Part shown: positions 1 through 8,843 of the stretch, in pieces
How the letters are laid out: the number at the start of each line of letters is the position of its first letter
How positions within the stretch are numbered: position 1 is the stretch's first letter
IMG/VR virus record: IMGVR_UViG_3300032282_001003
Coordinates: 1-55,241 of that record
Direction: 5' to 3' (one strand)
Origin: a virus
Taxonomy: Duplodnaviria > Caudoviricetes
DNA length: 55,241 nucleotides
Position numbers and translations under genes: made by a program
The notes under the pieces: generated by a model
What the model saw: the letters and a program-made list of their open reading frames with translations, nothing else
Databases searched by the model: none
What the model was told of the DNA's origin: nothing

Positions 1-137
1 AGCACTGCGTAATCTTTTGCACGTTCATACGCGTTGTCGCCAGCAAACAGATTTTCATACTGCCAATCAAACTCATACCAGCGTTTGGTCTCAACAACCC
101 AGTATTCTTTTGGGTGTAGTCGTCTTCGTACTCTCAT
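1..137 (-). CDS. hypothetical protein, 3' end truncated by window edge (MRVRRRLHPKEYWVVETKRWYEFDWQ...)
   Basis: ATG at 137 just downstream of the stop of 143..286, with GAGGTG upstream; open frame to window edge. Confidence 0.55.
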   Translation of the reverse strand, partial: MRVRRRLHPKEYWVVETKRWYEFDWQYENLFAGDNAYERAKDYAV

Positions 138-142
138 TTGCG

Positions 143-286
143 TCACCTCACCCACGCAATGAATGCCGCGCCTGCGAATACGCAGATAACTAGAAAAGCA
201 ATCAGGCTTTTGACCGCGCCAAACGTCTCGGTGTATGGGTCTTGCTCTGTGCCGCGCTCGATGTAGATTTTGTCGATCTCTCTCAT
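143..286 (-). CDS. small membrane protein, 47 aa (MREIDKIYIERG...LIAFLVICVFAGAAFIAWVR)
   Basis: translated by hand; ATGA overlap with the upstream ORF; C-terminal hydrophobic helix. Confidence 0.6.
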   Translation of the reverse strand: MREIDKIYIERGTEQDPYTETFGAVKSLIAFLVICVFAGAAFIAWVR

Positions 287-375
287 AACGGTGCATCCTC
301 GTAGTTGTCAGGGTTGATCGGTATACGCTTGTATGGTTTGTCAGGTAGTGGTGTTGTAGGGAAAGGCCATGTCAT
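283..375 (-). CDS. small Pro-rich hypothetical protein, 30 aa (MTWPFPTTPLPDKPYKRIPINPDNYEDAPL)
   Basis: ATGA-coupled to neighbours on both sides, GGAG upstream. Confidence 0.55.
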   Translation of the reverse strand: MTWPFPTTPLPDKPYKRIPINPDNYEDAPL

Positions 376-572
376 TTGTTGCGCTCCTTGAGCATTGCGT
401 CTGCGATTACGTAAGCCTGTGTTGGTATCTCTGAAAATAAACTATCGTTGTCAATCAACGCCTGCATAGCCAGCCCCGCAAAGTGGTCACGCATGGTCAT
501 GTCCTTGGCGTAGCCGCCTGTCTTCACCATCCAGTCGGTGTACTCTTTTGCTACTACTGCGTTGTCTTTCAT
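372..572 (-). CDS. conserved phage hypothetical protein (MTxRDxFAxxAMQ...AYxxADAML family)
   Basis: motif MTMRDHFAGLAMQAL...AYVIADAMLKER is recurrent in small phage early proteins; coupled to neighbours. Confidence 0.75.
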   Translation of the reverse strand: MKDNAVVAKEYTDWMVKTGGYAKDMTMRDHFAGLAMQALIDNDSLFSEIPTQAYVIADAMLKERNK

Positions 573-763
573 TTGTACTCCTCCACGCGGGCATTGAGCC
601 GCGCAATGCGGTTGACGTTGTAGTCCACGATGGACTGGGCGTACTCGACTGCTGTCTCTGCTTCGAGTTTCTCAAGATGAGCCCGTGCTAACTCGGACGC
701 AATCACCTCCAGTGGGGTTGGCCTTTTGAATGGTTCTTTGAGTAGGTTAAATAGTTTGTTCAT
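569..763 (-). CDS. hypothetical coiled-coil protein
   Basis: AAGGAG RBS, 64 aa, tight packing with neighbours. Confidence 0.75.
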   Translation of the reverse strand: MNKLFNLLKEPFKRPTPLEVIASELARAHLEKLEAETAVEYAQSIVDYNVNRIARLNARVEEYK

Positions 764-774
764 GCTGCGGCTCC

Positions 775-1344
775 TTATTTAAACAAGTTGTTGAGTGCAT
801 CGCGCAAGGCCTTGGCCTGCATGATGGTTAGGTTCTTGATGATACTGTCCACGTCAAAGTTGGTCGTGATGATGACCGAGCGTGGGGCTGGGGTAGCTTG
901 AGGTTGTAGCGCGGCAATGCCCGCATCTACCACAGGCGCGGCTTTGGGTTTAACCGCCTTGACTGCCTTGACCTTCGTTGGTTTCTTATCTGCCATTACT
1001 CTACGCAACGAGGACTTCAGCGGCGTGTACTCAGGGAAGTTGGCGTGTAGCCCGTCATCGGCCTCCTTGCGTATCAGTCGCTGGGCAAGCATCTGCGTAA
1101 TCAGGCTTGTGGTTGAGCCTTCCTTGTAGCCAAAAGTCTCCAGCTTGTCGATGACTCCCCTGCGTGTGTGGCCGGGATTGTCCCTGATGAAGTTGAACGT
1201 GGCGCGGGTCACGTTGTTGGTGGTTCGGAAAAAGGTTTTTCCTTCAGTTGGTGCTTGGGTTGTTTCCATTTGGTTCTCCTGATGTGCGTGGGACTCTTCC
1301 CACGCGTTGATTGCGGCTTGCAATTTTTCTTTCAAAGCAGACAT
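775..1344 (-). CDS. hypothetical protein with possible winged-helix DNA-binding region
   Basis: TRATFNFIRDNPGHTRRGVIDKL...STTSLITQML resembles wHTH; followed by a Lys/Ala-rich linker. Confidence 0.6.
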   Translation of the reverse strand: MSALKEKLQAAINAWEESHAHQENQMETTQAPTEGKTFFRTTNNVTRATFNFIRDNPGHTRRGVIDKLETFGYKEGSTTSLITQMLAQRLIRKEADDGLHANFPEYTPLKSSLRRVMADKKPTKVKAVKAVKPKAAPVVDAGIAALQPQATPAPRSVIITTNFDVDSIIKNLTIMQAKALRDALNNLFK

Positions 1345-1358
1345 GACCGTTCCCTTTC

Positions 1359-2246
1359 TTAGAAGCTGAACTTGTCGAGGATGGCGTCCACACTCTTCTT
1401 AACGTCTTGACGCACAGCCTCATTCTTACGTAACTCGGTGGGAGTTACACCAACTAGCAGTTGCTCCAACTGCTTACGCGCATCCTCCAAAGACGTGTCG
1501 CCTGTCACGTTCAACGCCTTTGTCAGATCACATAACTCAAGGGCACCATCGACAAGCGTGTCGTGGAATCGCCGTGACTTAGCCTCACCATTGATGTAGT
1601 CAGTAGTGAGTCGGTCAGACATACGCTTGAGGTGTGCGCCTAGGCGCTCACGTACATCTGCCATCGCATAGTCAATGCGTTCTTGCGTCAGCTTCTCCAG
1701 ACGCTCCTTGAGTTCTTGTTGCGCTTGATTGCCAACGTCCACACGGAAGTCACCCGCCGTAGGCACAGGCATGTAGTTCACACGGAATGAGAACTTAGTC
1801 ACGATCTCGTTGGCAGTCGGGTAGTCGTCACGCTTGAACATGTCGCCAAGAGCAAGCGCCTGCGCGGTGATGAGCGTGGGGTAGATAGCCACAAAGGACT
1901 TAACCAATGCGGCGATCTCCTCGTCGAACTCATTCATGCGTGCGGCGAATGTCATGAACAACTTGTTGGGTAGCAGACGGATACCCGAGTCAGACCACGG
2001 CGATGTGTTGTCATACACATACTGACGCGCACGGCCAATGGCCTGTTGCACAACCTCCAACTCAGTACGTCCTGCAAGCAGATGCTTGTTGACGCGGGCG
2101 GCATCCTTAGCCGCCGCGTTCTTGTTGGCTACCACCTCGTCGGTGGTGGACTTGTCCAGCTTGCGTGCTGTCCATACGGATGCATTGAACTCGACGAGCA
2201 GGGCGCATGTGTCGATGTTGTAGCGGGGAGTGATAGAAGTGTTCAT
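1359..2246 (-). CDS. DUF3150-like helical protein of the AAA/vWA module
   Basis: 295 aa; LLVEFNASVWTARKLDK, PWSDSGIRLLP, FKRDDYP and LNVTGD motifs typical of the gene that accompanies phage MoxR/vWA pairs. Confidence 0.6.
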   Translation of the reverse strand: MNTSITPRYNIDTCALLVEFNASVWTARKLDKSTTDEVVANKNAAAKDAARVNKHLLAGRTELEVVQQAIGRARQYVYDNTSPWSDSGIRLLPNKLFMTFAARMNEFDEEIAALVKSFVAIYPTLITAQALALGDMFKRDDYPTANEIVTKFSFRVNYMPVPTAGDFRVDVGNQAQQELKERLEKLTQERIDYAMADVRERLGAHLKRMSDRLTTDYINGEAKSRRFHDTLVDGALELCDLTKALNVTGDTSLEDARKQLEQLLVGVTPTELRKNEAVRQDVKKSVDAILDKFSF

Positions 2247-2271
2247 AGTGTGTAGTCCTTAGGTTGGTTGA

Positions 2272-3396
2272 TTACTTGGTGGAGAAAAAGATTTTGTGCT
2301 CGGACAACATCTTGCCGAACGATGCGATGGTTGCAAACAAAGCAACGCGAGAAGATGTAGCAACTGTGTTGCAGAAGATGGACTGCATCTCTGCGCGCAT
2401 GCGCCACACATACTCAACGATTGCCTCGGCCTCTGTCCTGTCCGCTGCACGAGTGACGAACTGGAAGACTTGAATCAACTGCGCTGTGGGATTGTCAGAC
2501 AACGGCGCAGAGTCAGGGGACTTGATGACACGAGCATAGTCACAGATGTCACGGCCAAAGCGGATGAACGATGCCAATGCCTGTGCAGCAGGAGCGCCGA
2601 TAGTACCGACGAGCGCAGTCTCCAACGTCTCGTCGTCAACAACACCGAGGCACGCGTGCAAGATGTCACTGGCCGCAACCAAGGAGCGCGGCGTTGCATA
2701 CGCAAGCTGTAACGACTTGGGATTGAACACCATGCCATTGTCCTTGGACATGTCCTTGCCCTCGAACATGCCGCCCTTCTCGTAGTCGAGGAAGCTGTGC
2801 ATAACACGCGGCTCGTTGTTGACGAACGCAATGACCATCGGATGCACGCCGTTGTCGGTAGCCCACTTGACCCACTCGTCGGAGGCAGACTTACGCATCT
2901 TGACAAACACAAGACGATTACGCAAGTGCGCTTGGATGGAGTCGCCAAGACCCTCGACTGCTAGGTTGGTAGCACAGAACACAACGCTGCCCTCGGGCAT
3001 GCCTAAGTTACCGACACGGCGCTCGTAGATGATTGGAGCGAGTACGTTCTTGATGAACTGCGGAGCCTTGGCGATCTCGTCGAGCATGACCATGATTGGC
3101 TTGGAGTTGTTGACGCCGAACTGGTTGTGTGCGCTGACACCGAAGCGCTCGTTGGGCAACTCGCGGGAGACGCCGTTCTCGCGGTCGAGGTCAGGCATCC
3201 ACACAGAGCCATCGGACAACTGCGTGCAGTCGATGGGTTGCACAGCGATGTGATTGGCAAACTTGGGTAGCTTGCGTAGGCTGTGGAACAGCGCGGTCTT
3301 GCCGATGCCGTTCTCGCCCTCGACGATTACAGTACGCTTGTGGCCGATAGCGGCGATCAGGGAAACAACTTGAGAGTGTGTGAGATAGTGTTGCAT
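2272..3396 (-). CDS. MoxR/dynein-related AAA+ ATPase
   Basis: Walker A GENGIGKT, Walker B MVMLDEI, sensor ATN, arginine finger LRNR, sensor-2 TPRS; adjacent to a vWA gene. Confidence 0.9.
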   Translation of the reverse strand: MQHYLTHSQVVSLIAAIGHKRTVIVEGENGIGKTALFHSLRKLPKFANHIAVQPIDCTQLSDGSVWMPDLDRENGVSRELPNERFGVSAHNQFGVNNSKPIMVMLDEIAKAPQFIKNVLAPIIYERRVGNLGMPEGSVVFCATNLAVEGLGDSIQAHLRNRLVFVKMRKSASDEWVKWATDNGVHPMVIAFVNNEPRVMHSFLDYEKGGMFEGKDMSKDNGMVFNPKSLQLAYATPRSLVAASDILHACLGVVDDETLETALVGTIGAPAAQALASFIRFGRDICDYARVIKSPDSAPLSDNPTAQLIQVFQFVTRAADRTEAEAIVEYVWRMRAEMQSIFCNTVATSSRVALFATIASFGKMLSEHKIFFSTK

Positions 3397-3420
3397 GATT
3401 AAAGTTCCTTAGGTTAAAAA

Positions 3421-4617
3421 TTACAGAGAGATACGCAAGAGTTTGCCGTGAGTAGGTACGAACGAATCGTTATCTACTATGCCCCACAGAGACGGCATTG
3501 GGGTATCCGGTGTATCGCAACCGAGGTAGCCATCGGACAGCCACACGATTGCTTTAGCATTGATCTTGTTCTTGGTGAGATAGTTCACAACGACTTGCGG
3601 CACAGTACCGCCACCGCCCTTGGGTGCAAGCGATGTAGCGATCTGCTCATAGTCAGCAGGCTTGAACTCCTGCACCGCACACACCGCTGTGTCCCACCAG
3701 ATAACGCGCACAGCCTCAGGCTTGACTTGCTGACAGATGCGTGCGATCTCGCCGAACAACAGACGATAGTACGGATACATGGAGCCCGAAGTATCAGCGG
3801 CAATGACGATCTCACCGACTGACTCGGTGAAGTGCGAAGGCATGACAAAGCCCGATGCAAGCAGTCGCTTGTTGGGTGGACAGAAGCGCGAGTTCTCGTC
3901 ACCCGCAGAGATGGATGTAATCCAATCCTGCATGGCCTCAGTCCAGTTGGTCACACGTTCCTTGGCAGTACCAAAGATGTCACGACCACCGCCTTCCTTG
4001 CCCGCCATCTTGCGTGCGAGTATCTCGCCCTGACGATTGGCATCGTCGATCTGCTTCTCCAGTTTGTCACGCTCGGCTGGGTCATCGGCAAAGTCGCCAT
4101 CCTCGTGCGCGTCGATGGGCTCGTCGAATCCCTCGCCGCCATCGCCATCACCATCCTCGGGTTCCTTGCGGCCTTGCTTGATGAGATCGTTCATGACTTG
4201 AGGGAATGACCACCCGAAGTACTTGCGGTCAATGCACAGCGTTGGTGAGGGACGCTCGACGAAATCGAAGTTGGGGTCAAGCTCCTCGATAAGTGCGTTG
4301 ACCACGTAGTCATGCGCCACGTTGGTCAGCTTGGGATACTTCTTGCGTGCGTCTTTGAACAGGATGCAATGCTTGAGTGCAACGTGGAAGTTCTCATGCA
4401 GTACGAGGTAGCGCAGTTGCTTGCGGTTGAGTGGGGTAATGAATGCCGCGCCGTACTTCTTGTCACGGCCATTGGTTGCGGCGGTTGGCATCTTCTCCAC
4501 CACCTCCGACTTGCCCATGCAGATCACGCTACTGAGTAGCGCAAACTTGGGGTGTCGCATGCAGTCGATGTTGCACGCTTGTACCCTCTGTGTGAGGGTC
4601 ATCTTCTCAAAGGACAT
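3421..4617 (-). CDS. putative metallopeptidase plus vWA domain protein (DUF2201-type)
   Basis: N-terminal TAATNG and HENFH (HEXXH) with NVAHDYVVN; acidic linker; MIDAS DTSGS, GGGGT, and SDG in the C-terminal vWA domain. Confidence 0.88.
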   Translation of the reverse strand: MSFEKMTLTQRVQACNIDCMRHPKFALLSSVICMGKSEVVEKMPTAATNGRDKKYGAAFITPLNRKQLRYLVLHENFHVALKHCILFKDARKKYPKLTNVAHDYVVNALIEELDPNFDFVERPSPTLCIDRKYFGWSFPQVMNDLIKQGRKEPEDGDGDGGEGFDEPIDAHEDGDFADDPAERDKLEKQIDDANRQGEILARKMAGKEGGGRDIFGTAKERVTNWTEAMQDWITSISAGDENSRFCPPNKRLLASGFVMPSHFTESVGEIVIAADTSGSMYPYYRLLFGEIARICQQVKPEAVRVIWWDTAVCAVQEFKPADYEQIATSLAPKGGGGTVPQVVVNYLTKNKINAKAIVWLSDGYLGCDTPDTPMPSLWGIVDNDSFVPTHGKLLRISL

Positions 4618-4644
4618 TTGCTTCTCCGATAGTTATTGAAGGGA

Positions 4645-4676
4645 ATTATACCCCAAGTTGTCAATGCTTTGACAAC
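4645..4676 (-). promoter_or_regulatory. sigma70-like promoter (-10 TATAAT) with an operator-like inverted repeat GTTGTCAA-N4-TTGACAAC
   Basis: minus strand reads TTGTCA-N19-TATAAT upstream of the vWA gene; 8-bp inverted repeat at 4657-4676. Confidence 0.55.
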
Positions 4677-4702
4677 CTAGGGTTTGTACTTAGGGATTGG
4701 GT

Positions 4703-5653
4703 TTACGTAGATATGTTGGTGCGAGGGTAGTCCTTTCTCTGTGGGAACTGGGGAATCTCTACACGCTTGGAGCCCTGCTTGACCCCTGCGTACTTGTAGA
4801 TGCGCTCGACGATGGCACGCCTGAACTCGTCGGTGGTGATGGGTTTGTTTAGCTTGCTGATGGGGTCTATGTTGGTGCCATGCCAGTTACCCATGTGAAA
4901 GTCCGACTGCTCCATACCACGCTTGGATGCGATGGTGTTGTATGCCATCTGACACATGTGGAAGAACGAATTAACATCGGCGGTTGTCGCATTAGGTTGG
5001 TCGTGCATCATTGGGCGCATCGCATGTGCGTACTCATGCACATACCCCTCACCACCGAACGCAGTACCAAGACGCCTGCTCAATGTCGCCTCCGACTCGA
5101 ACTCAGGCATACGCATAAGCGCAAGGTTGATGTAGGCGTCCATCTTATGCAGTATGTCAGCGCGTTGCTGCTTGTCCTCTTTGCTTGATATGGTGCGGTA
5201 GTGCGGCGTGTGCTTTGACCGACTCACGTCCAGCTTGCCATCGACAAACATCAAGTCAGCGCTGAAGCTTGCGTCACCATCACTCACGGAGTTCTTGTAG
5301 TAGATAGGCACAACCATGTCGTCGTCAAGGCGTGCGTAACGATTGTCCCAACTGGCGTGGAGTTGACCGCCATGCCCCAGTATCTCCCACATAAACTTGC
5401 GGCTAGTCAGGGATGGGTGACTGGTATACAGACGGCGCTCGTGTTGCACAGCCATGTCGTCCACTACCGGCTTGTAGAACCGCGCCATCACAGTCTTGTG
5501 GAACACAACGTCGAAGTACTCCTCGCGTTGAATAAGTTTCTTGTGCTTGTACAACCTATCGAGTGGGCGTTCGTTGTTGCCCCACGCTGAACTGCGGACA
5601 GGGCCGCGCACATTGAATGCTTTTACTGCATCTGCATAGTTACGTATCATCAT
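4703..5653 (-). CDS. hypothetical protein, 316 aa
   Basis: long ORF with AAGGAG RBS; no recognised motif. Confidence 0.8.
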   Translation of the reverse strand: MMIRNYADAVKAFNVRGPVRSSAWGNNERPLDRLYKHKKLIQREEYFDVVFHKTVMARFYKPVVDDMAVQHERRLYTSHPSLTSRKFMWEILGHGGQLHASWDNRYARLDDDMVVPIYYKNSVSDGDASFSADLMFVDGKLDVSRSKHTPHYRTISSKEDKQQRADILHKMDAYINLALMRMPEFESEATLSRRLGTAFGGEGYVHEYAHAMRPMMHDQPNATTADVNSFFHMCQMAYNTIASKRGMEQSDFHMGNWHGTNIDPISKLNKPITTDEFRRAIVERIYKYAGVKQGSKRVEIPQFPQRKDYPRTNIST

Positions 5654-5692
5654 GATTAAGCTCCTTGGTTAAATAAAACTGACTGAAAAATT

Positions 5693-5708
5693 GTGGTCAA
5701 TTGACCAC
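5693..5708. repeat. palindrome copy 1, GTGGTCAATTGACCAC
   Basis: perfect 16-bp palindrome at a gene junction. Confidence 0.95.
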
Positions 5709-6079
5709 TAGTCAAAAGGGAAGTTCGTCTGTAGCCTGTGTACTGGGTGCACATACTCAAACAGGAAATCATCGCCTTCCTCTTCTACTTCTTCCGCACC
5801 ATCCTCCCCTACCGCATAGAACCGATAGCTTGCGTCAAACAGTTCCTTCGCATCCTTGTAGATGCTTGTGTGCGCTATGACATACGGAAACGACTCGTAC
5901 CACTTGATATCCTCGGTCTCGAATGTAATCATAGGCTCTGACTTGTACTCATACTCGCAATCAAACATTGCTTCTCTCATCGCCTCCTCGTTCTTTGCAA
6001 GTTGCAGGGACACGTATGCATCCCTGTCTTGGAACGATTTGAACTTGACCACGTAGGCCACATCACTTCTATACCCCAT
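5708..6079 (-). CDS. acidic hypothetical protein, 123 aa
   Basis: MGYRSDV...IKWY...FYAVGEDG pattern seen in phage early proteins; AAGGAG RBS. Confidence 0.8.
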   Translation of the reverse strand: MGYRSDVAYVVKFKSFQDRDAYVSLQLAKNEEAMREAMFDCEYEYKSEPMITFETEDIKWYESFPYVIAHTSIYKDAKELFDASYRFYAVGEDGAEEVEEEGDDFLFEYVHPVHRLQTNFPFD

Positions 6080-6755
6080 GTTGAATTACTCCTTTACTGT
6101 TGAACCGCCATCCGTTGATGTAGATAAGTTCTTTGAGGTACTCTTCTGTGTAGTACGCGTCATACTCCCTTTGCAATGCGTGGTACATATCGTCTGCATA
6201 CTCCCGCGCTTTGTCCTGTATCCAATCAAGAAACTCTGTATGCAAGTTGTCCGTATTGATGGCACGCATGAGTTCCTGTACTGATGCACCCGCAAGAATC
6301 CCGCCATGAAGTTGTAGATGGGCATTGACATCTTCCTCCTCCCAAAAGGACTCTGTGTAATCAGCGTTCATCGTACCGCTGTGGTTGTAGAAGAACGAGC
6401 GCCGAGTAATCTCCACTTTATGCGGTATCGTGTCGCGTGCGTTCTTAAGGATTTCTAACAGGATGGTGTAGCGCGAGTGTCTGTCTGCGTCCTTGACCTC
6501 GTTGATGTGCGCTTCAAGGAACTCGGCAGTTCGCACGATACCAAGCCATGATGCGCCATCGCCTTGGTTGTGCCCCACACTCCAGTTGGTTTCGTACAGG
6601 TGAAAACCTAGCGCATAGCCGTCCTCTTTGAACTGCTCTGTGATGCAGTCCGCCCAATCGTCAGGCGGTTCTGCATATTCCCTTGCCCTTGCTTGCGCTG
6701 TCGGGCTCAGGTCTTCGTACTCAAATACTTCTGTCGTTTCCATTAGTGTTTCCAT
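6069..6755 (-). CDS. acidic hypothetical protein (FxYxELSxxAQxxA...LxxEYD family)
   Basis: start reassigned to ATG 6755 (TAATG coupling, GAGG RBS); EVFEYEDLSPTAQARA, QGDGAS and LQREYDAY motifs. Confidence 0.75.
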   Translation of the reverse strand: METLMETTEVFEYEDLSPTAQARAREYAEPPDDWADCITEQFKEDGYALGFHLYETNWSVGHNQGDGASWLGIVRTAEFLEAHINEVKDADRHSRYTILLEILKNARDTIPHKVEITRRSFFYNHSGTMNADYTESFWEEEDVNAHLQLHGGILAGASVQELMRAINTDNLHTEFLDWIQDKAREYADDMYHALQREYDAYYTEEYLKELIYINGWRFNSKGVIQHGV

Positions 6756-7096
6756 TAGTCCACCTCTACGCTGAAAGTTAAGTTGCGTACGCACTCGCGT
6801 ACCTTGTCGTCAAAGTCGAAGTAGTTTATTGCGTTAGTAACACAGTCATCTATCTCCTGCGTGATTGAGTCTTGCGATGGGTGGTCTTCGCGGTCGTTGT
6901 GCTCGTCGATTGCAACTTCGATTGCGTCGTTGACAAGCGTCTCGATGCGCTTGATTGTTTCTTCATTGATTGCGTGTAACGCCGCCTGTGTCTGCATGAT
7001 TTCACTCACGCGTTTGTCCACGAGCGCCATGATGTACGCATCGAACGCAGAGACTACTGCGCTGACCAAGGGGTTGGTTTGGTTTGTCTGTTCCAT
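6755..7096 (-). CDS. acidic helical hypothetical protein
   Basis: GGAG RBS; 113 aa. Confidence 0.75.
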   Translation of the reverse strand: MEQTNQTNPLVSAVVSAFDAYIMALVDKRVSEIMQTQAALHAINEETIKRIETLVNDAIEVAIDEHNDREDHPSQDSITQEIDDCVTNAINYFDFDDKVRECVRNLTFSVEVD

Positions 7097-7113
7097 GATT
7101 AAGCTCCAAAAAA

Positions 7114-7129
7114 GTTGTCAATTGACCAC
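7114..7129. repeat. palindrome copy 2, GTTGTCAATTGACCAC (1 mismatch)
   Basis: 17 nt upstream of ATG 7096. Confidence 0.9.
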
Positions 7130-7157
7130 AAAGAAGGCATGACCGTTCTCTATGTAA

Positions 7158-7277
7158 TTAGCCATGCCACCACCTACGAACAACGGCTCTTGCGTCTAGT
7201 CGCGTAGCAAACCACACGGCCAAGCCCCTGTCCATATCCTGCATCAAGTGGGCGCTGTCCCACACGTTATTACTCAT
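7158..7277 (-). CDS. small hypothetical protein, 39 aa (MSNNVWDSAHLMQDMDRGLAVWF...)
   Basis: ATGA overlap with the upstream ORF, GAGG RBS. Confidence 0.5.
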   Translation of the reverse strand: MSNNVWDSAHLMQDMDRGLAVWFATRLDARAVVRRWWHG

Positions 7278-7444
7278 TCCTCATCTCCTTCGTTCAAATA
7301 AGTTGTCATGACGTACCCTATGAGCACACCGCCGAACCCAATGCCAGTTTGAAATAACCCGCTGGCCTCGTTGTCCCAAGACACAGCCACTAGCGCCATG
7401 CCTAGCATGGCTATTAATATGTCTGCTATCGTTTCTTGTTTCAT
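7274..7444 (-). CDS. small two-TM membrane protein, 56 aa
   Basis: ATG 7444 coupled to the upstream TAA, GGAGG RBS; two hydrophobic segments. Confidence 0.6.
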   Translation of the reverse strand: MKQETIADILIAMLGMALVAVSWDNEASGLFQTGIGFGGVLIGYVMTTYLNEGDEE

Positions 7445-7647
7445 TACTGCACCTCCACATAATCCGGCGTGTCCTGCCGTTCCAATACGACTACCTCGCG
7501 TACCAACTTGCGGCACAGCTTGGACGCAACGACACCAACCAACTCCCCAAAGTCCTCGTCGGTCATGTGCCCGTCGTTGTTGTTCAGCGTAGCCAACACG
7601 GCAAAGTCGCCGTCCTCTCGGTGGTATCCGATTGATACTGTCTTCAT
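7444..7647 (-). CDS. hypothetical protein, 67 aa (MKTVSIGYHREDG...)
   Basis: start reassigned to ATG 7647 behind an AGGAG RBS. Confidence 0.65.
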   Translation of the reverse strand: MKTVSIGYHREDGDFAVLATLNNNDGHMTDEDFGELVGVVASKLCRKLVREVVVLERQDTPDYVEVQ

Positions 7648-8276
7648 GCTTGCTCTCCTGAATTTGTGGTCAATTGACCACTTACTTTCTCCGCTATGAA
7701 CAGCGGTATCCTCAGTTTCTCCCTTGTTGTCATCGGTATCTTGTCCCACTGGGTGCGTGTCAGCGCTATGGCCGTGGGGCTAAGCAAGTCTGGGTAGCGG
7801 TGGTGTCTGTGGGTCTCGGGCTTGAGTGTGTGCTTCATGTAGATGAGCGCCGTCTCGCGTACCAGCAGGGCAATGTAGCCCTCATAGAACGCCGCCACCG
7901 CTATCGCTCCCCGCCCGCCGTGATAACGCAGCGCGGCCTTGGCTCGCGGCAGTTCCTCTTTGATGGGACGCATCACGGCGTCCAGTTCAGCCAACCATGT
8001 GCGCTCCCATCGTTGGCGGGATGCGTGGCTTTCCTTGGCTTCCTTGCGGGCACGGCGTTGCTCGGTGATAAGGCGCAGTTCGAGGTCGCTCATTGCGCCG
8101 CGCTCGACACGTTTTGTAAGTTGTTTGTAAGTAAGTTTGCTCGGTGGTTTGTCACGTTGGCGACAGGCGCTACATTTGTGTGTCCATTCGATGCGGTTTT
8201 TTGCGCGTTTTCGGTACGCTTGCAGGGTTTTTTCTTGGCCGCAGGTAGGGCAAGCGCGGGTGGTTTTGCGGGGCAT
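7644..8276 (-). CDS. basic protein with N-terminal C4 zinc finger
   Basis: CPTC...CSAC; Arg/Lys-rich; ATG 8276 with GGAG RBS. Confidence 0.7.
   Translation of the reverse strand: MPRKTTRACPTCGQEKTLQAYRKRAKNRIEWTHKCSACRQRDKPPSKLTYKQLTKRVERGAMSDLELRLITEQRRARKEAKESHASRQRWERTWLAELDAVMRPIKEELPRAKAALRYHGGRGAIAVAAFYEGYIALLVRETALIYMKHTLKPETHRHHRYPDLLSPTAIALTRTQWDKIPMTTREKLRIPLFIAEKVSGQLTTNSGEQA
7666..7681. repeat. palindrome copy 3, GTGGTCAATTGACCAC
   Basis: perfect; 18 nt upstream of ATG 7647, inside the 3' end of 7644..8276. Confidence 0.95.
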
Positions 8277-8290
8277 GGCAGTCTCCAAAA

Positions 8291-8306
8291 GTGGTCATTT
8301 GACCAC
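8291..8306. repeat. palindrome copy 4, GTGGTCATTTGACCAC (central mismatch)
   Basis: 14 nt upstream of ATG 8276. Confidence 0.9.
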
Positions 8307-8374
8307 AAATCTGTCAAAGGGTTTACAAAAAGTGTCACGGGATACCCACTGTTTTTGTGTTTCTGGCCTCCAAG

Positions 8375-8580
8375 TGGACACACCTAAGTCGTTGCTGCGT
8401 ATAGGTTTTTCGGTGGGTCGTCCACAGACCAATGCTTTTTGGGAGAGCTATCAGCCGAGAGTAAAAACACACCCACCAAAACACGGATATATATATCTTA
8501 AGAGAAAAGAGTATTTATATATAGGTATGGTGGGTGTGGGTGGGGAAACGCCTTATAAATCAACGCCTTAGGTGTGTCCA
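8375..8580. other. candidate replication origin: nested inverted repeats around an AT-rich core with an IHF-consensus site
   Basis: outer IR 8375-8394/8561-8580 (19/20), inner IR CACACCCACCA 8468-8478/8528-8538, (TA)n-rich centre, AATCAACGCCTTA at 8558-8570 matches WATCAANNNNTTR. Confidence 0.5.
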
Positions 8581-8647
8581 GATGAACGCCAGAAATACGA
8601 AATTGCTGGACAGGCAAAAAAACAACACTTTTTGGCATGGTCTTTGC

Positions 8648-8839
8648 TTACAGAAGGCGTAGTTGGGTGCAGCTATCTTGTACCTGTTTCCATGTTGGAT
8701 GTCGCTCCTGTTGCTTACGGGCTTGAGCCTTGGCGAGTTCGGCGGCGCGTGGGTCTTTGGCGTAGGCATCGGCCATTGCTTTGAACTCGGCGCGTAGGGC
8801 GCGTAGCTTGGCGAGTTGTTCGGTTTTGATTGATGTCAT
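8648..8839 (-). CDS. small helical hypothetical protein, 63 aa
   Basis: GGAG RBS, Ala/Lys-rich helix. Confidence 0.6.
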   Translation of the reverse strand: MTSIKTEQLAKLRALRAEFKAMADAYAKDPRAAELAKAQARKQQERHPTWKQVQDSCTQLRLL

Positions 8840-8843
8840 GTTT

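Noticed and set aside
7674-8571. Rightward ORFs 7674..8387 and 8137..8571
   Set aside because: Antisense to the zinc-finger gene or spanning the inverted-repeat element; no RBS or motifs.
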